Shown here: positions 45,106-54,264 of the stretch, one piece after another
Layout: each line of letters opens with the position of its first letter
How positions within the stretch are numbered: position 1 is the first letter of the stretch
From: a virus
DNA: 64,000 nt
Strand: one strand, 5' to 3'
IMG/VR virus record: IMGVR_UViG_3300031132_000323
Location: 3,113-67,112 of that record
Position numbers and translations under genes: made by a program
Notes under the pieces: generated by a model
The model's input: the letters and a program-made list of their open reading frames with translations, nothing else
Databases searched by the model: none
What the model was told of the DNA's origin: nothing

Positions 45106-45567
45106 ATGACTAGAGAAGAAATCCGCCGCGAGAATGCTCGTAAGCTGGCGTCGGGCGCCGGAAGCAAGACGGAATTTGCGCAACTGGTGCAGATGGAGCT
45201 ATCCCAGGTCAGCCAGCTGATCGGGCCGAACCCAAAGAAGAACATCGGCAATTCGATCGCGAGGCGCATTGAGCGTGCATATCATCTGCCCGAGCACTGG
45301 CTGGATGTTGAGCATCCCGAACTTGGCGCACCTACGGTCAATGAAGACCCCTCGCCCAAGGCGGAGCCGCCGGCGCCCGCCGGCCAGCCATTGCAAGACG
45401 TGTCACTGGGAAATGAAACCACATTAGAGCGTCTCGACGGCGAAGAAAAGCGCCTGCTGGAGCTATACCGTCGAGCGACCAAGGATGGGAAGCTGCTTAT
45501 TTATGGAGCCGCGCGCGTAGCGCCGCAGGAATCCATCGACGGTCTTTTATTCCCCCGCCCTCAGTAG
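45106..45567 (+). CDS. cI: Prophage repressor (XRE HTH, no S24 peptidase domain)
   Basis: EIRRENARKL...FAQ....SQVSQLIG...KNIGNSIARRIE....LPEHWLD; short helical C-terminus. Confidence 0.88.
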   Translation: MTREEIRRENARKLASGAGSKTEFAQLVQMELSQVSQLIGPNPKKNIGNSIARRIERAYHLPEHWLDVEHPELGAPTVNEDPSPKAEPPAPAGQPLQDVSLGNETTLERLDGEEKRLLELYRRATKDGKLLIYGAARVAPQESIDGLLFPRPQ

Positions 45568-45783
45568 GCGAAGTGTTACCGGCATCGCCGGCAAGGTTCG
45601 CCGATACTGCTCAGACAAATCTAACATCATGTCCTGGGCCGTACCCTTCATCGCACGGAAGTTCCGGATGAGACGACGCTCGTTGCTGGTCAACTGAAAA
45701 TCGTCACCGTCAATCTTGCTCACGACTCTGCGCAATGGCGATGCGCCGGCCAGGTCATGCTCGTTTTTTTCTTGCTGTCCCAC
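45547..45783 (-). CDS. SOS-inducible putative antirepressor (78 aa)
   Basis: GGAGG plus GTG start at 45783; LexA box upstream; paralog of the 13.2-13.6 kb ORFs. Confidence 0.65.
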   Translation of the reverse strand: MGQQEKNEHDLAGASPLRRVVSKIDGDDFQLTSNERRLIRNFRAMKGTAQDMMLDLSEQYRRTLPAMPVTLRLLRAGE

Positions 45784-45881
45784 TACCCCTCCGTCGGGAG
45801 ATTCCTGCTGTTGTGTAGTGCCGCCAATGGCGCCCAGGTACTGTAGGGCGCCAAGCTCGGCTGTTCGTTTGATTCCTTGAG

Positions 45882-45909
45882 TACTGTATATCCATACAGT
45901 ATGCGTCAA
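45882..45909 (-). promoter_or_regulatory. LexA (SOS) box next to a TTGACG -35 element
   Basis: TACTGTATATCCATACAGTA matches CTGT-N8-ACAG; layout resembles recA promoters. Confidence 0.9.
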
Positions 45910-46059
45910 AGTTTAGCGCACTTTACTGACAAAGTGGCATGTCCAAATAAATATTTCTGTACGGCTCTTGAACGGTGGGAATCGGTGAGCTTTTGGCAAC
46001 TTCACAGAGCTATACTCGCGCGAGCGATACGGCACGCTGGGCTGCCGCATAGGATCGAT

Positions 46060-46626
46060 ATGAGAGCGTCTTCCCTACTTGTTGGCTTGCTGCTGTGCGC
46101 AGCTGGCGTCGCAATGGCGGCCGAGCCAGTGACTGTTCTTGGACTCTCACTCGGCGGCAAATTGAAGATGCCAATCAGGCAGTGCGCGACGAGAGAGATT
46201 GGGACCGACGCAAAATCACTTTGCTGGCTCGGCGAGCCGTTCGACTACAAAGGCTCAAAGTCAGGCTCGCTGATTGTTCCTGGAACTGACACGCGCCCCA
46301 AATGGGCAGCATATGGCTCATTCAATGTGTCGATAGCAAAAGATGGCACCCTACGATCGGTTGGGGTAAAAACCAGTCGCGCTGAAGAGTTCGTTGAGAT
46401 CCTCAACTCGATTACTGGACGCTTCGGTCAATCTAAGCGGGAAACCCAGCCTGGCGCATCAATTGATGCTGCCACATGGGATCGGCCTGACATTCACATT
46501 GAGTTGGTCTGCTCGAGGTCCTTCGGGTGTAACACTAAGTTCAGCTCAGGTGCGGAACATGCCGAACACATGAGAGAACTCGCGGCGCGTAAAGCGAAGG
46601 ACGCCGCGCGGCCAGCATCGCCGTGA
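46060..46626 (+). CDS. Secreted/periplasmic protein in the immunity region
   Basis: AGGA RBS, signal peptide MRASSLLVGLLLCAAGVAMA, four Cys in the mature part. Confidence 0.75.
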   Translation: MRASSLLVGLLLCAAGVAMAAEPVTVLGLSLGGKLKMPIRQCATREIGTDAKSLCWLGEPFDYKGSKSGSLIVPGTDTRPKWAAYGSFNVSIAKDGTLRSVGVKTSRAEEFVEILNSITGRFGQSKRETQPGASIDAATWDRPDIHIELVCSRSFGCNTKFSSGAEHAEHMRELAARKAKDAARPASP

Positions 46627-46822
46627 TAGCGAGAATTTCCACGACCGCCTCCGGATGAGGAATCGATCGGAGTGGACGGCACGCAAAAGCCACACATGGT
46701 GACAATCCGATAGATTGCATCACTATTAACATAGTATGATTCAACGACAATAAAGCGTGATGATTAATTGCCGCTCGGCAACCGTGTTACACTGCTTAGC
46801 TTAAGTATCAGGAACTATAAAG

Positions 46823-47626
46823 ATGACAAGTGCTGCGCCAGATCTTGCGCTCAATTCGATCCTTACGGAGATCGCAACTCTCGTCGATGCAACTGATGTC
46901 GATCACCTAAAGCTCGCCAGGCTAGAAAGAGATCTTGCAAAAATATGGCAGGCTTCCGCTATAACTGCCGCCGATTACCACATGACTCGCGCTCTTTTGT
47001 CTATGGCAAAGCGGCGCACTCAACCGGCACTAGATGCGGCACGCGAGGCGCTTCGATGGACGTCCGGGAATGCAATCGTTGAGAATAATTGTCTTACTGT
47101 AATGACGACAGTGATGGCCATCGACGATGCTATCAGATTGATACGGCTCATAGTTGCCCGCCACCCAGACGATCTTGATGCACTCAAAGGCGCTATCATT
47201 AAGGCGTCGGATGTTTTGCAGTTCAGTCTTGCTGTTGAGTTATTAGAGAAGTTTAACAAGCTAACAACTAATCTTGATTCAGTAAGCGATGTCCGCAGGA
47301 AACATATTCTTACCTGTAGGGACGCGATGATTCGCCACAAATTAACAGATGAAGACCTGGCTGCTCGCCTCAAAGTCGCCGTCGATGCGCTGCGCAAGAA
47401 AAATTTTGAGGCTTGGCGATCGTCTCGTCTCGTACTCGACGATGGATGTCTTATTTACTATGTCCATGTGGACGCGGACCCGGATCGATGCGCTGAATTA
47501 AATTTCGACATCGCAGATGCTTTAGTGGAGGAGTTTGAGGACACTGGCGCCGACTTCGTTTCAATTGCGTGTCGTCCGCTCGCGGATTTGCAATCGCTGA
47601 ATGTCCTAAAGGGTGACCCATCGTGA
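46823..47626 (+). CDS. TPR-like helical protein with C-terminal alpha/beta domain; partner of the HEPN gene
   Basis: Low GC; repeated helical hairpin pattern; GTGA overlap with the next gene. Confidence 0.65.
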   Translation: MTSAAPDLALNSILTEIATLVDATDVDHLKLARLERDLAKIWQASAITAADYHMTRALLSMAKRRTQPALDAAREALRWTSGNAIVENNCLTVMTTVMAIDDAIRLIRLIVARHPDDLDALKGAIIKASDVLQFSLAVELLEKFNKLTTNLDSVSDVRRKHILTCRDAMIRHKLTDEDLAARLKVAVDALRKKNFEAWRSSRLVLDDGCLIYYVHVDADPDRCAELNFDIADALVEEFEDTGADFVSIACRPLADLQSLNVLKGDPS

Positions 47627-48009
47627 CAGTTAACTATGAATCATTTGCTGAGTTCGCGGCAGGGCTACTTGCATCCGAGAGGGAGATTGACTGGAGGATG
47701 AGCGCTGGCCGCGCCTACTACGCTAGTTTTCATCGCGCTTCCTCAAGTGTAAAGTTTTGCCCAGATAACTCCGCCTATGCGATGGGCAGCCACACTCGGG
47801 TAACCGATCGACTCATTATGCATGGCGCAAAGCAGGCTAAGTCGATCGCGTATGTTTTGCAGGCGATGAAAAAAGTTCGTCATAGTGCGGATTACGAACT
47901 GAAGGGCAATTGGAATGTCTGCAATGCTGTAAACCAGCTTGCCCAGCACAAGGTCGTCGTCCAGCGATTGGATGCATTCGATGCAAGCGAGGGCGAGAAA
48001 ATAGCTTAG
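47623..48009 (+). CDS. HEPN-domain protein (putative RNase toxin)
   Basis: RMSAGRAYYASFH and KVRHSADY motifs. Confidence 0.8.
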   Translation: MTVNYESFAEFAAGLLASEREIDWRMSAGRAYYASFHRASSSVKFCPDNSAYAMGSHTRVTDRLIMHGAKQAKSIAYVLQAMKKVRHSADYELKGNWNVCNAVNQLAQHKVVVQRLDAFDASEGEKIA

Positions 48010-48190
48010 CCTGTAGTTGCAGAAAGCTCGTGGACCTTCTTCAAGCAATTTTTTTTTACGCCCAGGGTGTTGACTTGCCCTTGCGGTAGCGCCGGGCCAG
48101 GCGCGGGACGAAGCCTGGCACTGGAGGCGCCGGGATCCGGGCCGGCGCGCTGACCACTGGCGGTTGAGCGGCGGCCGGCGACGCGGCGCA

Positions 48191-48814
48191 CTATGCGTCG
48201 CCTCGAAAGTCGACTGTTAGATTGCCCTTGCCGTGGTTACAGTCACCGCATAAGACCTGGAGATTGTTGATGTCTAGCGCAAGAGCCGGAAAACGCCTGC
48301 GGGACTTTACGTGATCGACGTTCAATACGACGCTGTTGCCTGGGGTGGCGCCGCAGCACTGGCAGGCACGACCGTACTTCTCAAAGGCCCGCAGTCGCAG
48401 CTGACGCCATTCGAATGATTTGAGAAATTCCGTCGAGTTGACGTATGCGTCCCAGTCTGATGTGGAAGGCCTTGGTGCGGATGGCGCGCGAGGCGCCGGC
48501 GGCGTAGGGGCTACCGCAAGCGTCAGACCCAATGTTTTCAAAGCCTTTGCCACTACCCGCTTAGCCTTCCTCACCTTCTTCGGCTCCTTGGGGGTAACGC
48601 CAAAGAGAGCGATGTTCGTTTCCTTCCTGGCCTTTACATCTGCCTTGCGCGCAAGCTTGGCTGCGTGCATTGCATCGCCGTCGACTTCCAGTTCACGATT
48701 CTTCCTGAACCACCCCGATGGCAGCGGATAGGCTATGCCTGCAATTTTTGCCTCGGCATATGTCAAGGCGGCATTACCGCGCCGGTATTTGGCGATGTAT
48801 TCTTCCAATGTCAT
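48191..48814 (-). CDS. HNH endonuclease
   Basis: FLKSFEWRQLR...YGRACQCCG...LNVDHVK...NLQVLCGDCNHGK. Confidence 0.9.
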   Translation of the reverse strand: MTLEEYIAKYRRGNAALTYAEAKIAGIAYPLPSGWFRKNRELEVDGDAMHAAKLARKADVKARKETNIALFGVTPKEPKKVRKAKRVVAKALKTLGLTLAVAPTPPAPRAPSAPRPSTSDWDAYVNSTEFLKSFEWRQLRLRAFEKYGRACQCCGATPGNSVVLNVDHVKSRRRFPALALDINNLQVLCGDCNHGKGNLTVDFRGDA

Positions 48815-48898
48815 GTCGTCTCTTTTCCCAATGGCGGACAGCTTCACGCCATCGGAATAATACGTCTCCGCAGGAGTCAATGCTACTGCGCGAGGGAG

Positions 48899-49081
48899 CT
48901 ACCGAGGGCGCCCCTTTCGCTTGCCGCGCGAAGCCTTCGTATCGAACCTAGGTAGCCAGCGCTCGAAGGTGGTCAGCAGTACACCAGCTGGTACATACCA
49001 GGTCTTCCGCTCCCCGTCCCACCTAGCGCCCAGGCGGCGCGCTTCGTCCTTTTCTGCGTACGGCACATTCAGTTTGGTCAT
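48899..49081 (-). CDS. DUF5710-domain protein
   Basis: LNVPYAEKDEARRLGARWD..RKTWYVP. Confidence 0.88.
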   Translation of the reverse strand: MTKLNVPYAEKDEARRLGARWDGERKTWYVPAGVLLTTFERWLPRFDTKASRGKRKGRPR

Positions 49082-49099
49082 CGCCTCCAGCCTCCTGCG

Positions 49100-49541
49100 C
49101 CCTCGCGCGTATTAGATAACTCATGCTAAGAATTTAGATAACGCATCTGTTACCTAATCAATCACGCTTCTACTGCCTCCGCTTCGCTGCGCGCTTCGCT
49201 TGCGGCCGCATTACTTCGTAATGCTGGCAAGCTTGCGCTTGCCGGTTTTTATTTCCTGCTTGTTAGCTTTTCTTTTTCTCTAGCCCCCAGCCCCCAAGCT
49301 TTAACTAATACGCGTGCGAACGCGAGCGCGTGCGTGGTCGCTTCCTTCAGGTGTTAGCTCGACAAGCGCGTGCGCGCCCGAGGCACCATCCGACAGACTT
49401 TCGGGTACAGGGCTCTCTCTTCGCCACCCTGTGTGAGTCTCACCCTTGCCCCCCCGTTTCTTTCACCAGGTCGCAGTCTCACCTATCCCCCTACCCCTGT
49501 GTGTTTTCTGCAGGTAGGGCGGTCAGCCAAATTCGGCCGAC
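49100..49541 (-). other. Structured G-tract-rich non-coding region (putative ncRNA or origin)
   Basis: No credible ORF; many hairpins, direct repeats and G-runs; upstream promoter TTATCA-17-TAGAAT. Confidence 0.5.
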
Positions 49542-49547
49542 GAAGCA

Positions 49548-49612
49548 ATTCTACACCAACTTAATCTTTTTGATAAATAGTTCTTGCGCATGATTTATCT
49601 TATTGGTAAAGT
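49548..49612. promoter_or_regulatory. oL operators, pL promoter and a divergent leftward promoter
   Basis: Operators 49561-49577 and 49594-49610 match the oR consensus; plus strand TTGCGC-17-TAAAGT; minus strand TTATCA-17-TAGAAT. Confidence 0.85.
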
Positions 49613-49648
49613 ACCTCATCGACGCAGCGAACTCACCAGGAGCCAGCG

Positions 49649-49804
49649 ATGAAGCAGACCAGCAAGCCCGACCGACAAATGGTGCGCAGCTGGATGCACC
49701 AGCGCCAGGAAGAGAACAGGCCACCGCCGAGCCTGGAAGAAATTCGGCGATAGCTGGGCTGGAAATTGGTTGAGGCAGAGCGAGAGGCAAATCGGCCTCG
49801 GTAA
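49649..49804 (+). pseudogene. First pL gene with an in-frame amber codon
   Basis: AGGAG RBS; MKQTSKPDRQMVRSWMHQRQEENRPPPSLEEIRR*LGWKLVEAEREANRPR; TAG at 49751-49753. Confidence 0.6.
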
Positions 49805-49846
49805 CGAAATCAGGCGGCGCATTGGGCGCGGCGAGAACTGGAGATA

Positions 49847-50170
49847 GTGATGAGCACTGAGACCCAAGCGGGCAAACCGAAGATTTTCTGCTTTTCCAAC
49901 GTGGTCGGTGGCGGCGATGGCCCGGCTCTCGCGATCGCTGAGGATGGCACCGTTCTGGGCAGCCACTGGTGCAGCAGCGAGTTCTACGTCCCCGGTGACC
50001 TCGGCGTGACGCCGGGCTCTCGGCCCGACCGCCATGAAACGTATGCGAAGCACTACCCGGACGGATACGAAATGGAGTTCGTCCGCGTGCGCGACATCGA
50101 TGCGCATGCCGGCCTACAGCGCGCCTTCGCGCTGAATGAGGAGAAAGGCGCTCCCGCTGAGACCACCTGA
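49847..50170 (+). CDS. Hypothetical phage protein
   Basis: AIAEDGTVLGSHWCS...YAKHYPDGYEMEFV. Confidence 0.75.
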   Translation: MMSTETQAGKPKIFCFSNVVGGGDGPALAIAEDGTVLGSHWCSSEFYVPGDLGVTPGSRPDRHETYAKHYPDGYEMEFVRVRDIDAHAGLQRAFALNEEKGAPAETT

Positions 50171-50210
50171 CCAACCGCGCGCGTTCCACCATGCGCACAG
50201 GAGAAACACC

Positions 50211-50351
50211 TTGCAGGACCGCAGGAAGAACCCCTCGCGCAAGAAGGCGCGGATCCGCTACACCGGGGCTGACTGGTTTGTCGCTGCCTGGGGAGTGGCT
50301 GGGCTGGCGGTTGCTGCCGCCGGCGTACTGAATCTGATTTGGAGCTTTTGA
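50211..50351 (+). CDS. Small membrane protein
   Basis: AGGAG plus TTG start; basic N-terminus then a TM helix. Confidence 0.5.
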   Translation: MQDRRKNPSRKKARIRYTGADWFVAAWGVAGLAVAAAGVLNLIWSF

Positions 50352-50352
50352 G

Positions 50353-50760
50353 ATGAACGCGATTTCCAAGCCTTGGACCCAGGAGTACCTGCGCACAGCG
50401 ATCCGCGACGAAGTCGGCCTGGCGCGCCTGCTGGGCTTCACCGTGGCCATGCCGAGCGTGCTCACCGCGGTTACCGAGCTTATCCCGACGAAGAAACGCG
50501 GCTACCAATTCCTCGCGCCAGTTTCGTCGCATGGCGCCCTCCCCAACTGGCGCCGCAGCTGGAATGCGGCTGGTCCGCTCGGCACCGCGTTGGGCCTGAG
50601 CACCAGTCACGACAAGGAAGAAGGCACGGTCTCGGCCGGCACCGGCGGGCGCCGCAACGTCACCGAGCGCTACGACGAGCACCCAAGCGAAGACGCGGCA
50701 ACGATGGCTGCGATTGTGCGGGCAGCAATCCGCGAGCTTGAGGCCCAAGCCGAGCAGTAA
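50353..50760 (+). CDS. Hypothetical phage protein
   Basis: LPNWRRSWNAAGPL...AAIVRAAI; GGAG RBS. Confidence 0.7.
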   Translation: MNAISKPWTQEYLRTAIRDEVGLARLLGFTVAMPSVLTAVTELIPTKKRGYQFLAPVSSHGALPNWRRSWNAAGPLGTALGLSTSHDKEEGTVSAGTGGRRNVTERYDEHPSEDAATMAAIVRAAIRELEAQAEQ

Positions 50761-50824
50761 CCCCTATCGCTCGATATCGAGCCGCCGGCACGGCGCCAGT
50801 GCGATACCGAATAAGGAGTGAAGC

Positions 50825-51328
50825 ATGCAATTCCGTAAAAAGCCGGTCGTGATCGAGGCATTCCAGTTCCAGCCCCGTCAGCCGACCAGCGTTGACGAAG
50901 CGCCTGCGTGGCTGATCGAAGCTGTAGTGCGGGGCGACTTCCTCGTCGTCGATGGCGTGGCGCACATCACGACCCTGGAAGGGATCATGGCTGCCCAGCC
51001 GGGCGACTGGATCATCCGCGGCGTGAAGGGCGAGATCTACCCGTGCAAGCCGGACATTTTCACGGCGACGTATGAGGCGGCCGACCAGCAGCCTGCACCT
51101 GGCGCCGCTCATGCCGGCTACAGCACCATGCGGCCGCACCAGCAGCGCGTGGTCGACGAGAAGGTTGAACTGGACGAGAAGCACCGCCGGCTGAGGGTAT
51201 TTCTGATCGGCGACGTGTTCGGCGGCCTCGACGAAGCAGAGCAGCGTCGCCTTCAGGCTCAGGTAGTTGCCATGAAGGTCTACTCGGACATCTTGGGGGA
51301 GCGCATCGCCGCGTTTGCACCGACCTGA
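50825..51328 (+). CDS. Two-domain fusion (RKKPV...PGDWII...YPCKPDIF domain plus helical domain); candidate anti-defence nucleotide sponge
   Basis: Two small phage domains joined by an Ala/Pro linker. Confidence 0.75.
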   Translation: MQFRKKPVVIEAFQFQPRQPTSVDEAPAWLIEAVVRGDFLVVDGVAHITTLEGIMAAQPGDWIIRGVKGEIYPCKPDIFTATYEAADQQPAPGAAHAGYSTMRPHQQRVVDEKVELDEKHRRLRVFLIGDVFGGLDEAEQRRLQAQVVAMKVYSDILGERIAAFAPT

Positions 51329-51417
51329 CCCGGCACGCCCAGCATCACCCATCGCCCGGCCAGACCGGGCTTTGGCACTGAAGCGGTACCCGACAACCAC
51401 TCGCCCAGGAGAACAGC

Positions 51418-51555
51418 ATGGCCTTCCGCATCACTGTGATCGACAGCGCAGGCATCAAGCAGCGCCCCTATATCGCGATCGGCAATCGCGACAACCTGCT
51501 CGACGCTGCGTATGACGCCGGCGCCCTGGGCGTGACTCTGGTGGCTGCGCAATGA
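51418..51555 (+). CDS. 45-aa hypothetical protein
   Basis: AGGAG RBS; MAFRITVIDSAGIKQRPYIAIG; ATGA overlap. Confidence 0.6.
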   Translation: MAFRITVIDSAGIKQRPYIAIGNRDNLLDAAYDAGALGVTLVAAQ

Positions 51556-51809
51556 ACGCCAACCGTCTCCTCATCTTCGCGATGGCCCTCGGGCTTCTGG
51601 TCGGCTGCTTCAAGAAGGCCGAGTCCGTGCAAAGCGTCGGCACCGGCATTTCGGTCGAAACGCTGTTCACGAAAGACGGGTGCACCGTGTACCGGTTCTA
51701 CGACGGTGGCTTCCGCTACTTCACCAACTGCCGCGGCAACACCGCCTGGCGCGAAGGCTGCGGCAAGAACTGCAGCCGCGAAACCGGCATCACCGGAGGT
51801 CAGCAATGA
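51552..51809 (+). CDS. DUF4884-like lipoprotein
   Basis: Lipobox LVGC; VETLFTKDGCTVYRFYDGG..YFTNC.G. Confidence 0.8.
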   Translation: MNANRLLIFAMALGLLVGCFKKAESVQSVGTGISVETLFTKDGCTVYRFYDGGFRYFTNCRGNTAWREGCGKNCSRETGITGGQQ

Positions 51810-52073
51810 GTGCCGCACAGATGCACGGGCACCAGCTGGCTGCGCGCCTGGCTGGCTTCGTGGTCACCTGCATTGCCTCGGTCGGCATGGTTGCGCTGAT
51901 CGCAGTTCTCCTGGCGCGCGCCCAGTGATCCGCCGGACCATCGCCGCCCTGCTGGGCGCAACCCTGTTCCTGGGCCTGCTGGCAGAAGTCCAGCGCCTGG
52001 ATGAAATCGCGATCGAGCAGGAAGTGCTGCAGCTCGACGCGCGCCAATAACGACAACACAAGGAATCCAAGAG

Positions 52074-52973
52074 ATGTGGTTCAAGAACCTTCAGATTTAC
52101 CGCCTGCCGCGCGCCTGGTCGATGACTGCCGACGCGCTTGCCGCCTCCCTCGCCTCCCAAGCCTTCGCGCCAGCGTCGAGCAGTGAACTGCTGCGCCAAG
52201 GCTGGGCGCCGCCGCGCGGTGACGGCGCGCCGCTCGTGCACGCCGTAAATGGACAGTTCCTGCTGCAGCTGGCGACCGAGAAAAAAATCCTGCCGACGAA
52301 GGTAATTGCGCAGGTTGCCGCGGCGCGCGCCGATGAGCTGGAGGAACAGCAAGGCTTCCGCCCGGGCAAAAAGGCGATGAAAGAACTGAAGGAGCGCGTG
52401 GCCGACGAGCTGCTGCCGCGCGCATTCTCGATCCGCGGCAACACCTTGGCCTGGATCGATCCGGTCAACGGCTGGCTGGTAGTCGATGCAGCGAGCCCGG
52501 GCAAAGCGGACGACGTCATCAAGCTGCTGCTGAAGGCCGTCGACAAGATGCCGCTGGAATCGCTGCGCCTGCAGCACTCGCCGGTGGCCGTCATGACCGC
52601 GTGGCTGGAGTCGGACGAAGCGCCCTACAACTTCACCGTTGACCAGGACACCGAGCTGCGCGCCACCGGCGAGAGCCGCGCCGCCGTGCGGTACGTGAGG
52701 CACTCCCTGGACCCGGAAGACATCGGCCGTCACATCGCGGGCGGCAAGCAGTGCACGCGCCTGGCGATGACCTGGAACAGCCGGATCTCGTTCGTGCTGA
52801 CCGAACAGCTGGCGATCAAGTCCGTGCGCCCGCTCGACGTTATTAAGGAAGGCGAAGCGATCACCTACAGCGACGACGAGCGCTTCGACAACGACATCAT
52901 GCTGATGACCGGCGAGTTGGCCAAGATGCTGGCCGACCTGGTCGAAGCCCTGGGCGGCGAGGCGAAAGCATGA
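52074..52973 (+). CDS. rdgC: Recombination-associated protein RdgC
   Basis: [11 protein letters not shown]...EKKILP...LLPRAF...[11 protein letters not shown]...LVEALGGE. Confidence 0.97.
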   Translation: MWFKNLQIYRLPRAWSMTADALAASLASQAFAPASSSELLRQGWAPPRGDGAPLVHAVNGQFLLQLATEKKILPTKVIAQVAAARADELEEQQGFRPGKKAMKELKERVADELLPRAFSIRGNTLAWIDPVNGWLVVDAASPGKADDVIKLLLKAVDKMPLESLRLQHSPVAVMTAWLESDEAPYNFTVDQDTELRATGESRAAVRYVRHSLDPEDIGRHIAGGKQCTRLAMTWNSRISFVLTEQLAIKSVRPLDVIKEGEAITYSDDERFDNDIMLMTGELAKMLADLVEALGGEAKA

Positions 52974-53185
52974 AGCGCCGCGCCTACAGCCCCTTCCCCT
53001 CCGCGGCGTCGTCGCGCTTTAGCCGCCGTGATGATGCGGCCGAGCGTGACAGCCAAGCCTTCGGTCGGCATGCGCGCAACCTCGAGCTTCAGGAGCGGAA
53101 CGAGGCCGCGCGTGCAGCAGCTAAGGAAGCAGCCGCCCAGCCAGCAGCAAACGACGACCAGACGGAGAAAAAGCAAAATGGATAA
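52970..53185 (+). CDS. Small hypothetical protein
   Basis: ATGA overlap with rdgC. Confidence 0.5.
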   Translation: MKRRAYSPFPSAASSRFSRRDDAAERDSQAFGRHARNLELQERNEAARAAAKEAAAQPAANDDQTEKKQNG

Positions 53186-54257
53186 CGCGCCGAAGCGCCG
53201 CCAAGCCGACAAGCTGGACGAGATCCGCCAGCCGGGGTCGGTCAACTGGGCCGATTCGAGTGACGCCGCGGTGCCCGGCGTGCCGCTACCGGAGCCTTGG
53301 ATCACGAACTGGAGCGCCGCTGACCCAGCATCACGTGAGCACTACGCCCGCGACCAGATGGAAGAATACGGCGCCGCATGCTTCAATGCCGGCCGCGCCA
53401 GCGGTGACGCCCCGGCCGCCCCTGCATCGGCAGGTAACCCGAGCACGGCGGGTGCCGAACTGCACATCGGCGTCAGCAACAACGATCAGGGCGTGCACAT
53501 CAACATCATGCAGCAGCAGGCCGACGGCACCGCCACCGTGATCTATACGGCCAGGGCGCCCGCTGGCGACAGCTACGGCCGAGCCCGTCTCGCCGCTCCA
53601 GTGGCGCAGAGCACGGCGGGTGCTGCGAAGGGCGAGTTAAGCGACGAGGCAATCGACGAAGTATGGGATGCAATGCCAGGCGGCGCGGATGGCTGGCTCA
53701 AACAGTTCGGCTACTTCCAGTTCGCGCGCGCCATTGCTCGTCACGTCCTGGTGCGCGTTGCGGCGTCAATGGCTGGCACAATTCGACCGACCGATGACGA
53801 GCTATGGGAACAGACCATAGGCGAGCGCGACCACTACCACGACATGGCTGACAAGCTGGCCGAGGCGATTGGCAAGCACTTCGGCATCGAAATCGGCGAG
53901 CACAGCAACATGAACTGCCCGTGGCACACCGCGCTCGACTGGATCAAAAACACCACCACCGTCGCGGAAATGCGTCTCGCTGCTCCTGCAGCACAGGCAC
54001 CGGCGCCGACTGCAGCAGAAGTGCGTAAACAGGCGCTGGAAGAGGCGGCGCAGGCGTGTGAAAACGAGCGCGTCGAGGATACCGGCACCGATGGCGATAC
54101 CGGCTACAACAACGCAATCACGCACTGCGCTGCCGCTATCCGCGCCCTGCGCACTGCCAGCAAGGACCAGTCGAGCGCCCTGGGCGAGAAAGGTGGCGAC
54201 GACTCCGAGCAGGAATCGCGCGCCGACGAAGATTGGTTTTTCCATCCGAACGACTGA
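53178..54257 (+). CDS. Mosaic hypothetical protein
   Basis: Short phage modules joined by Ala/Pro linkers. Confidence 0.65.
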   Translation: MDNAPKRRQADKLDEIRQPGSVNWADSSDAAVPGVPLPEPWITNWSAADPASREHYARDQMEEYGAACFNAGRASGDAPAAPASAGNPSTAGAELHIGVSNNDQGVHINIMQQQADGTATVIYTARAPAGDSYGRARLAAPVAQSTAGAAKGELSDEAIDEVWDAMPGGADGWLKQFGYFQFARAIARHVLVRVAASMAGTIRPTDDELWEQTIGERDHYHDMADKLAEAIGKHFGIEIGEHSNMNCPWHTALDWIKNTTTVAEMRLAAPAAQAPAPTAAEVRKQALEEAAQACENERVEDTGTDGDTGYNNAITHCAAAIRALRTASKDQSSALGEKGGDDSEQESRADEDWFFHPND

Positions 54258-54264
54258 GGACATC

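Noticed and set aside
48061-48190. GC-rich stretch as a second pentamer array
   Set aside because: Phase breaks after about five units; only a hairpin (GCCAGGC/GCCTGGC) is supported
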